A DNA stretch of 51,038 nt, filler included, from Trypethelium eluteriae (lineage: Eukaryota): NCBI GenBank assembly GCA_051942245.1. It is 2 parts of 2 records of this genome, joined end to end, with 100 filler letters (N's around TTAATTAATTAA, not from the genome) between each part and the next. Parts side by side here need not be neighbours in the genome. Positions count along the whole stretch, not along the records: positions 1 to 25,478 come from JAVECL010000372.1; 1 more part is not named here. One strand, written 5' to 3'. This document shows positions 10,237 through 22,995 of this stretch, one piece after another. Position 1 is the first letter of the stretch. Every line of letters begins with the position of its first letter. Below the pieces are notes generated by a model. That model did not search any database, was not told where the DNA came from, and was given only the letters and a program-made list of their open reading frames with translations. The position numbers were made by a program, and so were the translations under genes.

Positions 10237-12418
10237 CTACAACTTCGCCAGAATCCGAGCCTCACTATCCTTATCCCCCTTCACGATCTCACTACTCCTC
10301 CAATCCACATTGAACGTCACCCGATTCAACGGATTCTCTCGATGCGCCTTCTGGAACAACTCCTCGTAGACCTTTCCATCATACCGTCCCAGCGCGCTAT
10401 CAAGCAAGTAATCCGGGATCGCCCAACTATCAACTAGCTTCACTGCATGCGGTCGCACTTTCTGCGTCATAATATCCAAAACCCGATCTGGGATGGCATC
10501 TAGTACTACAGCGCTCAGAGCGCCCGTGGTCTGGAAAGTCCGAGCGTCGGAGTCGATGGTGTGGAGGGCGTAGAGGTGGAAGAGGTCGCGCATGGTGCTC
10601 CGAGTCGGCTCTGAGAGTGGAGAATTTTGGAGGGCGGAGTGGAAGTTGGTGACGAGGATGGATTCAGAATATGCGCGGGAGAGCTTGTGGAGGGAGATGA
10701 GGAGGGTGTTCCAGCGCTGTTTCTGAACGATGCGTTGTTGGTATGCTTGGTAGGAGAGGGTGGCAGCCCGCCATTTGAAGGCTTCGACGAGGGCTGTGTC
10801 ATCAATAGTGCCATTCGAGGTGATCACTTCTTGAGGTCTGGCAGTGGTTCGCTGCTTGAGATATCTCCTGAAGTGGTCGCTCAAAGCGTCCTTCGATTCC
10901 ATGTGGGGCTCCTCGACTGCGGCAGTCATTTTCTTTATAAGATAGTTGGAAACTTGTTGAGTAATCATCCAGTTGTCGCCCTCGACGGTAGGCTTTGAAA
11001 GATAGCTAAAGAGAACTGAATTAGCTGGCTGGTTTTGTCTAAGTTTGTCTAAATTATTCGCAATGTGTTTCCGTAGATACTTACTCAGCATTGATCTGTA
11101 CCAACCCACTGCCACCCCCGAATCCATGGCCGCCCATTGCTCGTCTACATATCTCAATGCCATCCGCAGCATACATCGTACATAGGCTCTTCAGCCCACT
11201 GCTTGTACTATGCAGCTCGGCCAAGGATCCAAAATCTCCACCTTCAATGCTTTCCCTACTACGCCGATACAACTCGTACATCGCCTCACCCGTGTAATGC
11301 AGTGCGAATGTCGTCGCTAGGAGAGGGAGAACTCTGATCATGACTGTTGGATAGTCCAGTACTACTGTCTCCGGTATGCTCTCGGTATCCAGGGCGTCTC
11401 GATCCTTGAACTGCCGGCGAATGCTACAGTAGCGAACTGCAATCGTCACGGCACGCGCGAGCACCAGCCGCGCGTGCATAATGATGTTTGCGCGAACATT
11501 TGTCAGACTCCCGTATACCACTGCTGAGCTTCCTGTCCGTTGGAACGCGCTAGTCTCAGGATCGACACGACTATATCTGGCTAGCATCGCCGCGTGTGGA
11601 ACTCGGAAATGATTGAAGAGCATGTACCCATTGTCCATGCTTGTGTATCCATACTTAGGACCGATGTCGCCAACGACGATCCCGGGTAGAGGTTGATGCG
11701 TATCTTGATCGCGGATTCGCACTACGAAAGGGTGCGGACCATGGGATACATACTTCGGCTCCGCATCATCAGCAGCATCAATGCTTGGAGTCTGAATCTG
11801 AGGCAAGAGTAATTGCGCAACAACAATAGCATGCGTTGCTGTACGTCCGAGGGCTCCATTCCACCATTTTGAAGCCGTCAAGGTGGGACTGTGCAATTCA
11901 AACTCTTTCTTTTTCGGATCCCACCGAGCCTGGAGTTCTAAGCCGCGAACATTGCTGCCGTGGCCTTGTTCTGTTTGTGCGTATGCTCCAATAATTTTCC
12001 AAGCTTCAATTTGCGGCAGCCAGTGATTACGTTGAGCTTCATCGCCTTGTTCACGGATGGTTGTAACGAACATGGACATTTGAAGATGGTATGGAGACAT
12101 TTCGTCCACAAGGTAGTCGGCCATATGATAATCCTGGTGGTTCCATTTGTGATCGTGCACTAGACGACGTAATTTTTTTGCTCGAGCGAGGCCAAGGTAG
12201 TATCTCTCCGGCCGGGAGAGATTGGCTTGTTGCCTTTTTGAGAATAACTTCTCACTTTGTAAGACATTGACCACTCGCTTTTGACGCTCGAGAAAGCCAT
12301 CGCGAGAAAGCAGATGCTTAGATAATTCTCCAACGTTTATAGCTGAACGATCACGCTCTGCTGCCAATGTCGCCTGTCCGTCATACAGAGGCTTGAGGTC
12401 GTCTGTGAAGTCAGGCAT
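10237..12418 (-). CDS. Peroxisomal acyl-CoA oxidase (2 exons)
   Basis: AYAQTEQGHGSNVRGLE, KWWNGALG, GDIGPKYG, MDNGY, CRRAMGGHGF and TVEGDN motifs; an intron at ~11086-11008 joins INAD/YLSKPT; C-terminal AKL (PTS1). Confidence 0.95.
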
Positions 12419-12729
12419 GGTTAGAAATTAGATAGAGAAAAGAAGAGGATACATTGAAGGCGAATTAGTAGAGTCTATAAACAGAAAATGCATTCACAGC
12501 AAAAAGAAGATGAAGAAGAAATGAGAGACGTCAGTGTAATCGGTAGGATAGCTTGTCGATGACATTGGCGCCAGAGAAGGAAAGAAAGCCGCCGTCTCGA
12601 GCTTTGGCCACTCCTCTCCCGCCCCCACAACTTACCCCGCAATTCAAAACAGCAAGAGTGTGGGGAGGCGGTACCCGGCGGCCTCCTCCTTCTCCTACAA
12701 GTACCTCTCCCATTACGATACCCCCCTTA

Positions 12730-12735
12730 CCTCGG
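12730..12735 (+). promoter_or_regulatory. CCTCGG site (FarA/FarB, CTF1-type) in the oxidase/crotonase divergent promoter
   Basis: TACCTCGG between the divergent ATGs at 12418 and 12946; matches the known fatty-acid-induction core motif. Confidence 0.5.
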
Positions 12736-12825
12736 TGTCTTTCTCGCTACCTCATTCCCTCGACTCGAGTACGTACCCTTTCTAACCAGATCTTTCCCGT
12801 TCCTGCATCATCCATTCGCCTCCTC

Positions 12826-12827
<2 letters not shown>

Positions 12828-12857
<30 letters not shown>
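12828..12857. repeat. (GA)n microsatellite
   Basis: About 15 GA units upstream of the crotonase ATG. Confidence 0.95.
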
Positions 12858-12860
<3 letters not shown>

Positions 12861-12945
12861 ACTATGACCCTCCTCTCCAAAGCCGCCGTCTGCAGTGCCT
12901 ACCTCCTCCCAACCGGCATCATCGCCTACCCGCTCTACCTTCGCC

Positions 12946-13745
12946 ATGCCGGAGCCCTACCAAAACCTCGCGGTTACACGCCATGGCCCCGTCTTCGTCA
13001 TTACGCTGCAGAAGCCTCCCGAAAATCGTATCAATCGCGCGTTCGCGCAAGAATTGATCCGAGCCTTTAGGAACATTGAGGTCGAGCTGGGAGGCGTGGG
13101 CTCGGGGAACGAGGGGTGTGTGGTGGTGAGGGGGAGTGACCACAAGTTTTTCTGTACGGGATTGGAGTTGGATGAAACGGATAGGAATCCGTATGCAAAC
13201 ACAGATGGGTTCTATCCTGTGCGTGGGCCTCTATGCCTCTGAAAAGTATGCAAGCATGAATGCTAACGGACTGTCTGAAGCTTTTGAGGACGGTGCTGGA
13301 TTTCCCCTATCCAACGATTGCTCTTTTGACGGGACATACGTTCGGAGGCGCCTGCCCTTTTGCCTTTAGCCACGACTACCGCATTATGAACAAGCGGCGA
13401 GGCTTCCTGTCTATGCCTCCCGTTGACTTGGGCCTCCATTTCCATGGTATTGGCGCTTTGCCGCGACTCAAATTTGGTGGGCGAGTGGCGAGGAAAATGC
13501 TCCTGGAAGCACACCGCTGGACCGGTGAAGAAGCCCTCAAAGATGGGATTGTCGATGCTGTTGCCGAACCAGATGAAATGCTTGAAGCTGCGCTTGAATT
13601 AGGTCGAAAAATCGCACCAAAGGCAAAAATGGGGGTGTATGCAACCCTCAGAGAAGAGCTCTGGGGTGAGGCGTTGAAGAAGTTCGGGAGAATCAGTTAT
13701 GTTCATGGACGTGAGACAAGCAGGCCGGCGAAGGCCAAAATATGA
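12946..13745 (+). CDS. Peroxisomal enoyl-CoA hydratase/isomerase (crotonase) family protein (2 exons)
   Basis: VFVITLQKPPENRI, KFFCTGLEL, PTIALLTGHTFGG and EALKDGIVD motifs; intron 13219-13280; C-terminal AKI (PTS1 variant). Confidence 0.88.
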
Positions 13746-13849
13746 CATTTGAAATGAAATGGCTCGATTGATACGGAGTCGTGTAGCGGTCGTAATCTGC
13801 ATCTTGCAGTATCTTGGACAGCATATAGGAGTGACGGAATTTTGATGCC

Positions 13850-15579
13850 TCAAATCGATTCCTCTGGCGCCCATGTCACCGCCCTCTTCGTTACTATAGA
13901 ATTTCTCTTCTCTACCGCTGCCGCTTCTTCGGCGGCATTTAAGGCACGAATCCGAGCCTTTTCCGCTTCGGATACCTGGGCTTGCTCTGCATCTTCAACT
14001 GCCTGCAAGGGGAGAGCATGTCCAGTCAGTTTCTTGCGATTAGACGCCTCCCTTTCTAGCCAAAATGGTAAAGTCAGATAGCTCAGGACGCATCTTAAGA
14101 TATGTCAGCAGACTTTTTCTCTGACAATAGATAAGAAATGACTTACAAAGCAAGGAGACCGCATGTGGTGCTAAAGCCAGGTAGGAATCTCGGCGCATGT
14201 TGTTCTGGATAGAGTTGTGGTGCAAGAATATTGGCAATGCTGGCACTGGCGACAGCTACAGCAACTCCTACAGCCTGCTCACATGCGCCATAAAGTGTGG
14301 CAGATCGGTAGGCCAAGAGTATAGGCGGACCCACCTGTACCATTTGGCCGATAAAGGATAATCCGTAGAGGGATATGTTCGACATTGAGTGTCCCGGATG
14401 AGAAGAGGCATATGTCCATACAGCATAGCGAGGAAGGGCGGTCAAGGCTGGTATAATGTAGTGCCACATGCGCTCATGCGTCCAGTCGCTGTGATACCCA
14501 TACCCCCAATACAGCGGGATGACCGAGAGTTTGACGATTGAAGTAAAAAGATTGCTCTTCGCAATACTGAAATGGAGGAGGGTTGATAGGAATGTGGGTA
14601 GAAAAGTGCCTTGAGCGGACGCGACGATGCCCAGTGAAATAAATGAAATGAAGAACACGTAGGTTGATGGCCGGCTAAGTATTCTGCAGAATGCTGGCCA
14701 AGACCACGTCACGTCGGTCTTACGAGTCGAGCCACGTCCAAATCGATTTATCGCGATGTACCGTTCTCGCTCGGAGAGCGCTTTCGTATCTTCAGGATAT
14801 GTCAAGAGACACAGCCACAACAGAGGTGATAGGAGAATTGGCAGTGATCCTTCGACAATGAAGACCCATTGCCAGGCTTTCAGTCCCCCTTTTCCATTGA
14901 GATTGTTAAGAGCAAGAGCCAGAAATCCTGAGACAGCTGTAGCGAGCGAACCTGCTGAATGCAAGACTCCAATGCGGAACGCCCTTTCCGAGGGTTTGTA
15001 CCAGAAACTAAAGTACAAGAGACAGCAGGGCCCAACACCCGACTCAGGTATGCCGAGAGCGAAGCGGCCAGCTAACAAGCCTCCGAAACCTTTGACGCCT
15101 GCAAAGCTCATCACGATGCAACCCCACAACATCATTGACAGTGGAAAGAACCATCTCGCGGATATTTTCTTCATAAGCAGATTCGAAGGTATGAGGAGCG
15201 CGGTGACTGCAATGTACGCAACTGAGACAGCCCAGTTGAATTGTGTTCCATGGAGCCCTAGACTCGCCTTGAGAGAATCCGGGGTCCCTTGCTGTAAGAT
15301 CTTGACATTCCCCATGTTTGCGCGATCGAGCACAGCCAAGAAATTGATGATACAGCAGGGGAACAATACTCGAAAATCGAGCTTCCGTCTGAGTTTAGCT
15401 TCGTCTGTCTTCGTCCAATCTTGCTCCACCACTATCTTCTCTTCCCCATCTCCTTCCACATCACTGCATGGATCACTTCTCCTCCTAGGAGTCAAAGCAT
15501 TCTTAACAGACCAACCACCAATGTAGACACCTTGCTGTTCGAGTATAGCACGTCTGCTGAAGAAGTTTTGGTCAAACAT
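13850..15579 (-). CDS. MFS transporter, Dal5/Tna1 (anion:cation symporter) family (2 exons)
   Basis: LRRKLDFRV, LDRANMGN, GRFALGIPESG, FWYKPSERAFRIG and AWQWVFIVEG motifs; ~12 hydrophobic segments; last exon after an intron at ~14146-14096. Confidence 0.9.
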
Positions 15580-16029
15580 AATCAATGAGGTGATCCTCCT
15601 TGTGTAGTAGACAAATTTGATGTTGAAAGAAGACAACTGAAAACTGATTGTAGGACCTTTTCAAACGCAAAATTGTTGACTTACCGCTAGTTCAAGATGA
15701 GATCGCTTCTTATCAATGTTGAATAGGCATTTGAGAAACGCGTAATTGCGTTTGGGTACCGCATTTCAGACCCACTGGTATCTATGTTATCCATATCCGA
15801 AAATGGTAGAGTAGTGAAGTCTGTTCTAATTCGTGATGGCACGGTACCACTCGGCACCCTTGACACAAGCCAATGCGACTGCCAATTAGACACACTCGGC
15901 ATACTTTCATCCTTTCGAATCTGTCCATCATGTACTCCTACCAGCTCCCTTACCCCGCTGGAGTAAGGTGCCGCTTGGGCCGATTACGTGGGGAATTCCT
16001 GCAGTTGCTGTCGATTTGCGAGATAGGCC

Positions 16030-16035
16030 CCGAGG
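16030..16035 (-). promoter_or_regulatory. CCGAGG (reverse of CCTCGG) FarA/FarB-type site in the MFS/ligase divergent promoter
   Basis: CCGAGGTA ~135 bp upstream of the ligase ATG; the same TACCTCGG octamer occurs at 12728-12735. Confidence 0.5.
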
Positions 16036-16170
16036 TATTTGAAGAAGCGTCGCAAGTCTGTGCCACCGTGCTGTTCCTTGGAACTTCGATTGGAAGAGCC
16101 TTGAGGATCTGAAGTGGTCGTAAAGATGATGACCATTTTCTGAGATCAGGATCGAAAAATTTGAGAAGAA

Positions 16171-18004
16171 ATGGACGACCGGACCCACTTCGTCCCGAAA
16201 CACCGGGGGCGCAACGTGCTCCCGTGTCATGTAAGAGACCAAAAGCTAATAGTTACGTTCTGAACAGCTAAAGAATCTATACACCTAACAATGCCGTTCA
16301 CTCTAGGGCCTTTTCAATCGTCTCTTACGCCTTGCCGGTCGTCGCCCTCCCAAACCTTGCATCCGCGATGTTCGATTGAACTGCGAGCGAACCCACCTTG
16401 AGCTTCTCACTGACGTCCTCAATCTACGCAACGCCGTCGAAGACAGACTGAACGATACCACGAGGAGAGCGCTCGACAATCGAGAGGAAGTCTACATCTC
16501 CGTGCTCGTCCCAGGCGGCTACGAATTCACGTGCGCCGTCCTCGCGATCCTCGCCCTCGGCGCCGCCGTCGTGCCCATAACCGTCGTGCTGCCCGTGCAA
16601 GAAGCCGCCTACTTCATCAACAAATCGCGCGCCGCCGCTGTGCTCGTCTCCTCCTCGGCCACCGATCTCGGCCGGTCCCTCCAACACCAGATCTCCAGCA
16701 CCACAAACCCGCACTTCCAGCACATCCCCATCCTCGAGCGCCTCTTCGCCGCGACGACCCTCGCACCCCTCGACATCACCCTCTCGTCAGACCAATACCT
16801 CGACGACAACCAGCCCGGCGTCGTCATCTTCACCTCCGGCACGACGGGTCCGCCCAAGGGCAGCGTCATGCGCCGCGCCTACACCTTCGATGGCGCCCTC
16901 GCCGTCGCGGAGCACTACCACCTCAGCGAGGCCGACTCGATCCTGCACGTGCTGCCGGTACACCACGCGACGGGCATCGGCATCATGTTCTTCCCGTTCC
17001 TGATTTCGGGCGCGCTGATCGAGTTTCGGAGTGGTGGCTTCGATGAGGCGTGGCTGTGGGAGCGGTGGCGGGAGGGGGCGAAGGAGGAGACCAAGAGGAT
17101 GACGTTTTTCTCCGGCGTGCCGACGATCTATATGCGCATGCGCAGGCATTATCAGCGGGTGTTGAGTCGGTTGGAGGAAGGGGTGAGGAGGGAGTATGTG
17201 GAGGGGGCGAGGCAGTTTCGTGCGTGTCTGTGTGGGACAAGTGCGCTGCCGAGGCCGATTAATGAGTTTTGGACGGAGTTGATGCAGAAGAGGATTTTAC
17301 AGCGATATGGGGCTACGGAATTCGGGGCCGTGTTCAAGGTCGTAATGGGCGATGATGAGGTTCCTGATGGTAGTGTTGGGGAGCGTGTGCCTGGCATTGA
17401 ATTGAAGCTGAGTGATAGTGATGAAGGCGAGCTGCTCGTGAAAAGTCCCTGGATGTTCAGCAAATATCTCGGGGATTCAGAAGCAACGGCAAGAGCGCAC
17501 AACGAGGACGGATTTTACAAGACCGGAGATATCGTAAGGAAGGAAGGCAAGTACTATTTCATTGTCGGGAGAGCAAGTTTAGACATAATAAAATCGGGAG
17601 GCTATAAAATCTCGGCCCTAGACGTGGAGCGGGAAGTACTTTCATTGCCATACATTAGTGAAGTAATGGTAGTTGGAGTGGCAGATGAAGAGTTTGGACA
17701 AAGAGTCGCTGCTCTAGTGTCGTTACAGAAAGAAGAGTTGACTGACCAGTGGAGGGAAAGTCATAGTCGGAATGATTTTTTGTTGACGCTGGAGGCCTTG
17801 AGACAGGATCTAAGATCGCGCTTAGCAGGGTACAAAATGCCTACGCTACTTCGAGTCATGGAAGGTGAGCTGCCAAAGACTGGTACAGGGAAGGTCATGA
17901 AGAAAGCTCTTGGACCTGCTATGTTTCCACCAACTTACCATTCCAGTCCAGTTGTGCAAATATGGCGGAGAGATGGAAGGTCTGAGGTGCGAGCAAGATT
18001 ATGA
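16171..18004 (+). CDS. Peroxisomal AMP-dependent acyl-CoA synthetase (ACSF3/MatB-like; 2 exons)
   Basis: IFTSGTTGPPKG, QRYGATE, YKTGD, IIKSGGYKISALDVE and LPKTGTGKV motifs; exon 1 MDDRTHFVPKHRGRNVLPCH; C-terminal ARL (PTS1). Confidence 0.92.
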
Positions 18005-18149
18005 GCATCGTTTTGGAGCAAGACATAGATACCACAGAGTACCAGAGAAGAGATAATTGCGCATTCAGAGGCTTACATTTGTCTCAAGTGATAACCATTG
18101 TCGAGAAATACTCAGTGTCAGACACTTCCGTGGGAATCCATTTAGGTGC

Positions 18150-20603
18150 TCATGACCACGTCCCATTAGGCGGTCCAAATGTTCCGCTGATAGGCATACT
18201 TAGATAAGGTGTCCCATTCCCATCGTCCGTATTCTGGTAGACTGTATTTCCCCACCAGTCTGGAAATACCGCACCTGGATAACTGATACAAAAAAATATT
18301 ACAATACCGCTGAGGGCTGTTCCTGTATCAAGTGCTGCAGCAAGGACATAGTTATACTTTGTCCACCATGCAAAGAAACGCTTGTAAATCTGATTGTTGA
18401 ATACCAGATTGACAAGGAACCAGCTCGAGTAATTAATACCAGAAGCCGGCGGGACATTGTACGTCCCCACAAAGATCAATGGCCAATTAACGCGTTTCCA
18501 GAACGCCTGTCTCGTTTTCTTGTAGAGCAACCACGTCGAAATGGGCATCAAAGCACCAATCCAAAAGAAATGGAGAAGGGAGCTGTAAATTTTCCCGACG
18601 GAGTAGAGGCGCCCTGGGCCAATAAGACCCCATACAACAGATGAAGAGAACACTGTGCGGCCGTTTGGACAGCTGAACTGACTCGATTGATCTTCTGTGC
18701 AAATATCGTGGATGTTACTGAGCATCCAGAGCGTCACACCTGCTTGGGTGAGTGCACCAAGAATCTAGAGGCTATCAGCTTAAACGGAGAACGGCTATCG
18801 GGAAGCTCACTGTTGCAATTCCCTGAGCAGCAAAAACCGTTCGCGGTGGCACTTTTAGATAATGTCCCAATTTCATATCCTGCGCAAAGAAGATTCCCTG
18901 GCTAACGACGTCTTCACTGAGGGTTTTGAAGATCATGTTCGCCATAGGTCGCCCGGCAAACATGTATCCTCCGATGAACTCTGCCAGCACGTTGAGTTGA
19001 TTCGCATCCACGTTCGTTATACCCTGTACTATGCCACAAGGAATCATATAGACTGCAGGAATCAGCAACGCCAGTACAACTCCGTAGACGGGCAACTGGG
19101 TTTCGTAGACTTCGACCATGACGACAGATAGTACAAACATCATGACCGTGAGCGCACCATACCACCACCAAGGAGTCTTCTTGTATGCACGCATGAGGCG
19201 ACCATGGATGTCGGATGGTGCCTTCCCCTTAAGAATGGCCCGAATTTCATCCCAGTGCCAAAGATAGACGTGCACAATAACGGCCGTAATGGAGGCGAAC
19301 GCGAGTCCATAGACGAATGCGAACGTTGCACTTAAGAATGGCGGCGAATAACTAGCATAGTTGGCCACATTGAGTGTTCCGTCGGGATTGACGACAGCTG
19401 TAGCATTATACTCCGCGCCGGTGTTATCATAAACGTCAGCTGTCATGAGTGGGAGATAACCGGTGTACCAGGTGTTGGTGTAGTAGATGGCTGGAACGAC
19501 AACCCAGAAGAAGACAGCGAAGCCGACGAATACGTTCAACGCTACGTAGAATTAGTATCTTGATCAATGAGTACCAATGTTTGAATTCCCATACCGGCCC
19601 AGAATGGTGATAGCAGAGGATTCGTATTGAACGCGACTTGGCTCCAGTCAAAGGTGATGGGAGATAGTCCTAGTCCTGTCTGAAATCCAAAGAGTTGATT
19701 GACGACTCTATTATTCGGCAATATCCAGCAAAGCCAGGTGAAATAGCTCATTCCAACAAATATAAGACCTGGGAAGAAATACCAAACAAATGCGCCCGCC
19801 ATTGCAATCATGAAAAAGCGCAGTCTCGTGATTTTCCACCCGTTGGCAATGGCATTAGCACGGGAGTGGAGTGTAGACAATAGAGCCGCATTCGAGAGCA
19901 CACCAGGCCAGATAATATTTGATGGCTCTACGAGCCACGGTGCACAGAGACCAGCGATACCAAACCCCAAGATCTGGCAGCAAAGCACTAAAAGCACGGA
20001 AAATCCAGGCTTGATATCGAAATTGTAGAACGCCTTTGCCGCCTGGATAACACTGGTAGCGTCTGCATTGCCATACCCAATGCTCACGTTCGCCATAATC
20101 GTGATCAAGACATGCTCTTTGATATTGAAATGTTTGTCGGGATTAATGCTCCAACGGCCAAAGCGACCCAGATTGACTGTCCAGTCAGGAATCACATGGG
20201 CGAGAAAGACGCCGCAAGGGTACGCGAGCAATTCTGCAACTAGAGAAACGATGTGAACAGATGGATATCGCATGGAAAAGAACATATTAATTCCCGAACC
20301 AAGCATGGTGAAAATGATGCCAATGATCCACATCCGGAGGGTATTGACTGGCATACCGGGATCGTCGACCTCAGGTACAACCGCTCGCACTAAGAAGTGT
20401 TAAAGTAATACCGATTGATAGTTCTGGATAGGCCTACCTTCAGGAAAGGGGGAGGTATCTGCTTCGTCACCCACGATTATATGTTTCTGATGGACAACTT
20501 TATCAACATCAACTTCGAGCTCTTGTAGATGACCATGACCAACGTCTGCTACCTCTACATCGTCGCTAGTGCTTGTAGGCTTATCCGGCGATTTAGTGTC
20601 CAT
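18150..20603 (-). CDS. OPT-family oligopeptide transporter (Isp4-like; 4 exons)
   Basis: SPFPE/VRAVVP, NTLRMW, FNIKEHVLIT, WPG, DMKLGHYLKVPPR, WWTKYNYVLAAALD and WWGN motifs. Confidence 0.95.
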
Positions 20604-21136
20604 GGTGATGGATTATTACGGAATAAGAAGTTGAGGTCCAGTTCAGTACACAGGAAAATAATGTTCACTGCGGTGAGAAAATTTCCGTAGGTAGATCTTT
20701 GAAGTCCAGCACTCGAATGGTCATTCGAAGATCATCGCGGAAGAAAGATAAGAGATCTATGGTGGGGAAAGATGTGGAGCGGCGAGATGAAAGCAGAATG
20801 CAAAGAGGGGTGGTACCTGTTATATTGACCGGTATGTCTAGAAGACGGCAGGGGTCCCCTTCTGATCGCAGAAGAAGACATGTCCGATTCCGAGAGAAAA
20901 TCATTCCAGTGTGATTGAAGGTTGTGAGTTCTCCGACTTCCTGGTCTGGGTTGGAGGAATCCCTGTCGAAGGCCTATCAAGATAGCACTCAGCCAATGAA
21001 ATCAACACAAGCTAGAAACATCGGCCATATTATCCAAAGCATGCGGAAGGCCAAAATATCGGATCAAAGTTGATCCATAAGTAAATGAGAGCACCCGAGA
21101 AGTTGATAGGATGATGAATATACGCAATTGAGGTTT

Positions 21137-22260
21137 TTAGTCTTCCCTACCCATGACAACGTCGAGGGCTTTGCGACTCAGCGCTACACTATGTTCAAGG
21201 GCGCTCAACTTGGCAAAGGCTGCCATCAAGCTAGGATCCTGGCTCTCTACTCGGACCTTCTCCTTCACTCTAACTTCTTCGCCCTTGTACATGAAGACCT
21301 CATTTGCCTCTTCATGGGTCGGTGTCCTTGTTCCACCTAATGCAACAGCGAGCTGCTCACGGATGCTCAGTCCCGTGAGGGATTTATTCTGAGCCGCTGG
21401 GTTTGTCGTTTCAAGGGTGCGAACCTGCAATAACAATGCTGCTTCCGAAATTTCAAGGTGGAATGAGAGATACGGGGGCAGTTGAGGATGAAAAGACTAG
21501 CAGCTGTGAGCTCAATGTAGAACGTGACACAGGAAATCAAAGAGTCGTCGATTTATGGCAATGTGGACAAAGAATCTTCTTCCGTTACCTTTTCATCAAC
21601 AGGATCTTCAAACCACGGCTTTTGTACGTCCGAGCCACCTTTGAGTGCTTGACGGGCTTCTTGCATATTTTCATGAAGTAGCTGCAATTGGCCAGACATG
21701 AAGTCTGCATTTCTGGAATCTCCCGTCCAGATCGAGGCATCAACTACATCCAGACATGCATTAATTAGTGTCCGTACCGACACGAGCTGCTGGAGAACCA
21801 GCGTTGGTGCTGTCGGCTCCTGTGAGATGGACAGACGATTGGTCGTAGCACCTGGCGGAGGCTTCAGACTTGGCAGCTTGAGACTAACATCCTGAACAGC
21901 AATTGAGCAAAGCCACAGTCATGACGAAAAAGTCAACGTACGCCCTTCACGACACGCGTGCCAACGCGAGTGATGAAGCCTTTAAGGTTCTCGGAGCGCA
22001 ATGACGACAAGACCAATGTCGATCCAGGCTCTTGAGGAGCAAGAAGACTAGCGCATTCTTCCAAGCCTGCCTTGAGTGACCTCAGGGTCTCTTGTAGTTC
22101 AGATAGCAGCCACTCTAGCTCTCTGGCCTTGGGTATCTGAATTAGCAAATGCTTACTCCCTTCCGATCTAGCTTACGAATTGGTCCGTACATACCAATGA
22201 TCTCTCCTCTTCTCTGATTAGCTCATCGTGAGGAATAGGGGGCCACACAGCAGTCGACAT
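21137..22260 (-). CDS. RAV2: RAVE complex subunit Rav2/Rogdi family (4 exons)
   Basis: MSTAVWPPIP, ELEWLL, GSTLVLSS, LKGFITRVG and VKEKVRVESQDPSLMAAFAKL motifs; three GT-AG introns. Confidence 0.85.
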
Positions 22261-22995
22261 GGCTGTCTACTTGAGCATTTGGTGGACCACCATGCTACTG
22301 AGTAGAAAGGATAGCATCAACTGGCTGCGGGTGTCGCGTAGGTGATGACGCCACAGCGGCTTACCGGAACTAAGCGAACGCATGCAGACCAGCTGCTGCA
22401 CGGACGAAAACATTCAACTCCCCTCTGCCGGAGGATATGAAGCTCTCGACGTACACTCAGCACAATCATTCTGATTGAAGCATGAGCACCAATATGTGGA
22501 TATGTCACGCTTCAGCATTTATTACCAGCAGTGAATGCTTTGGGCGCCTGTCACAGGTTTCTTTCGATGCAAAGTCGAAGCCGCGGCGGCCCGAAGTCGC
22601 GCCAGACAATGACGTCGGCAAACACCATTCCCTGTTCGGACATGTTTTCACACTTACGTCGTATGCCATAGCTCCTTTAGCTTGTTGGCTTGGCCCACTC
22701 TGCCGGTGACGTTGTTTACCGCGTTTGCACGCCTAGTCCTTGGTCAGTTTATTATTTCATCCCATCCCAGGTCAAGACTCCTTCCTTCCAGGCTCCTGTG
22801 TAAACCGAGGACGTTTCAACTAAACTGCCACCCTGTAGTCCTGGTACGTATCATGTCTAACCCGCCTCGTCAATCTGCGTGCGTGCAAGATGCAGGTGCT
22901 GACCAGGGCAATATAGATTCGGCCCGCTCCCTAGCCACAGGATCAGGTTTCCGATCAATCCGTGGATTCGAACAAAGCCGCCAGCAGACTTCAAT

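Noticed and set aside
11081..11172. Apparent frameshift between the two acyl-CoA oxidase ORFs
   Set aside because: Explained by a canonical GTAAGT..GCTAAT..TAG intron
14756..15526. 256-aa plus-strand ORF
   Set aside because: Antisense to the MFS transporter; no independent coding signal
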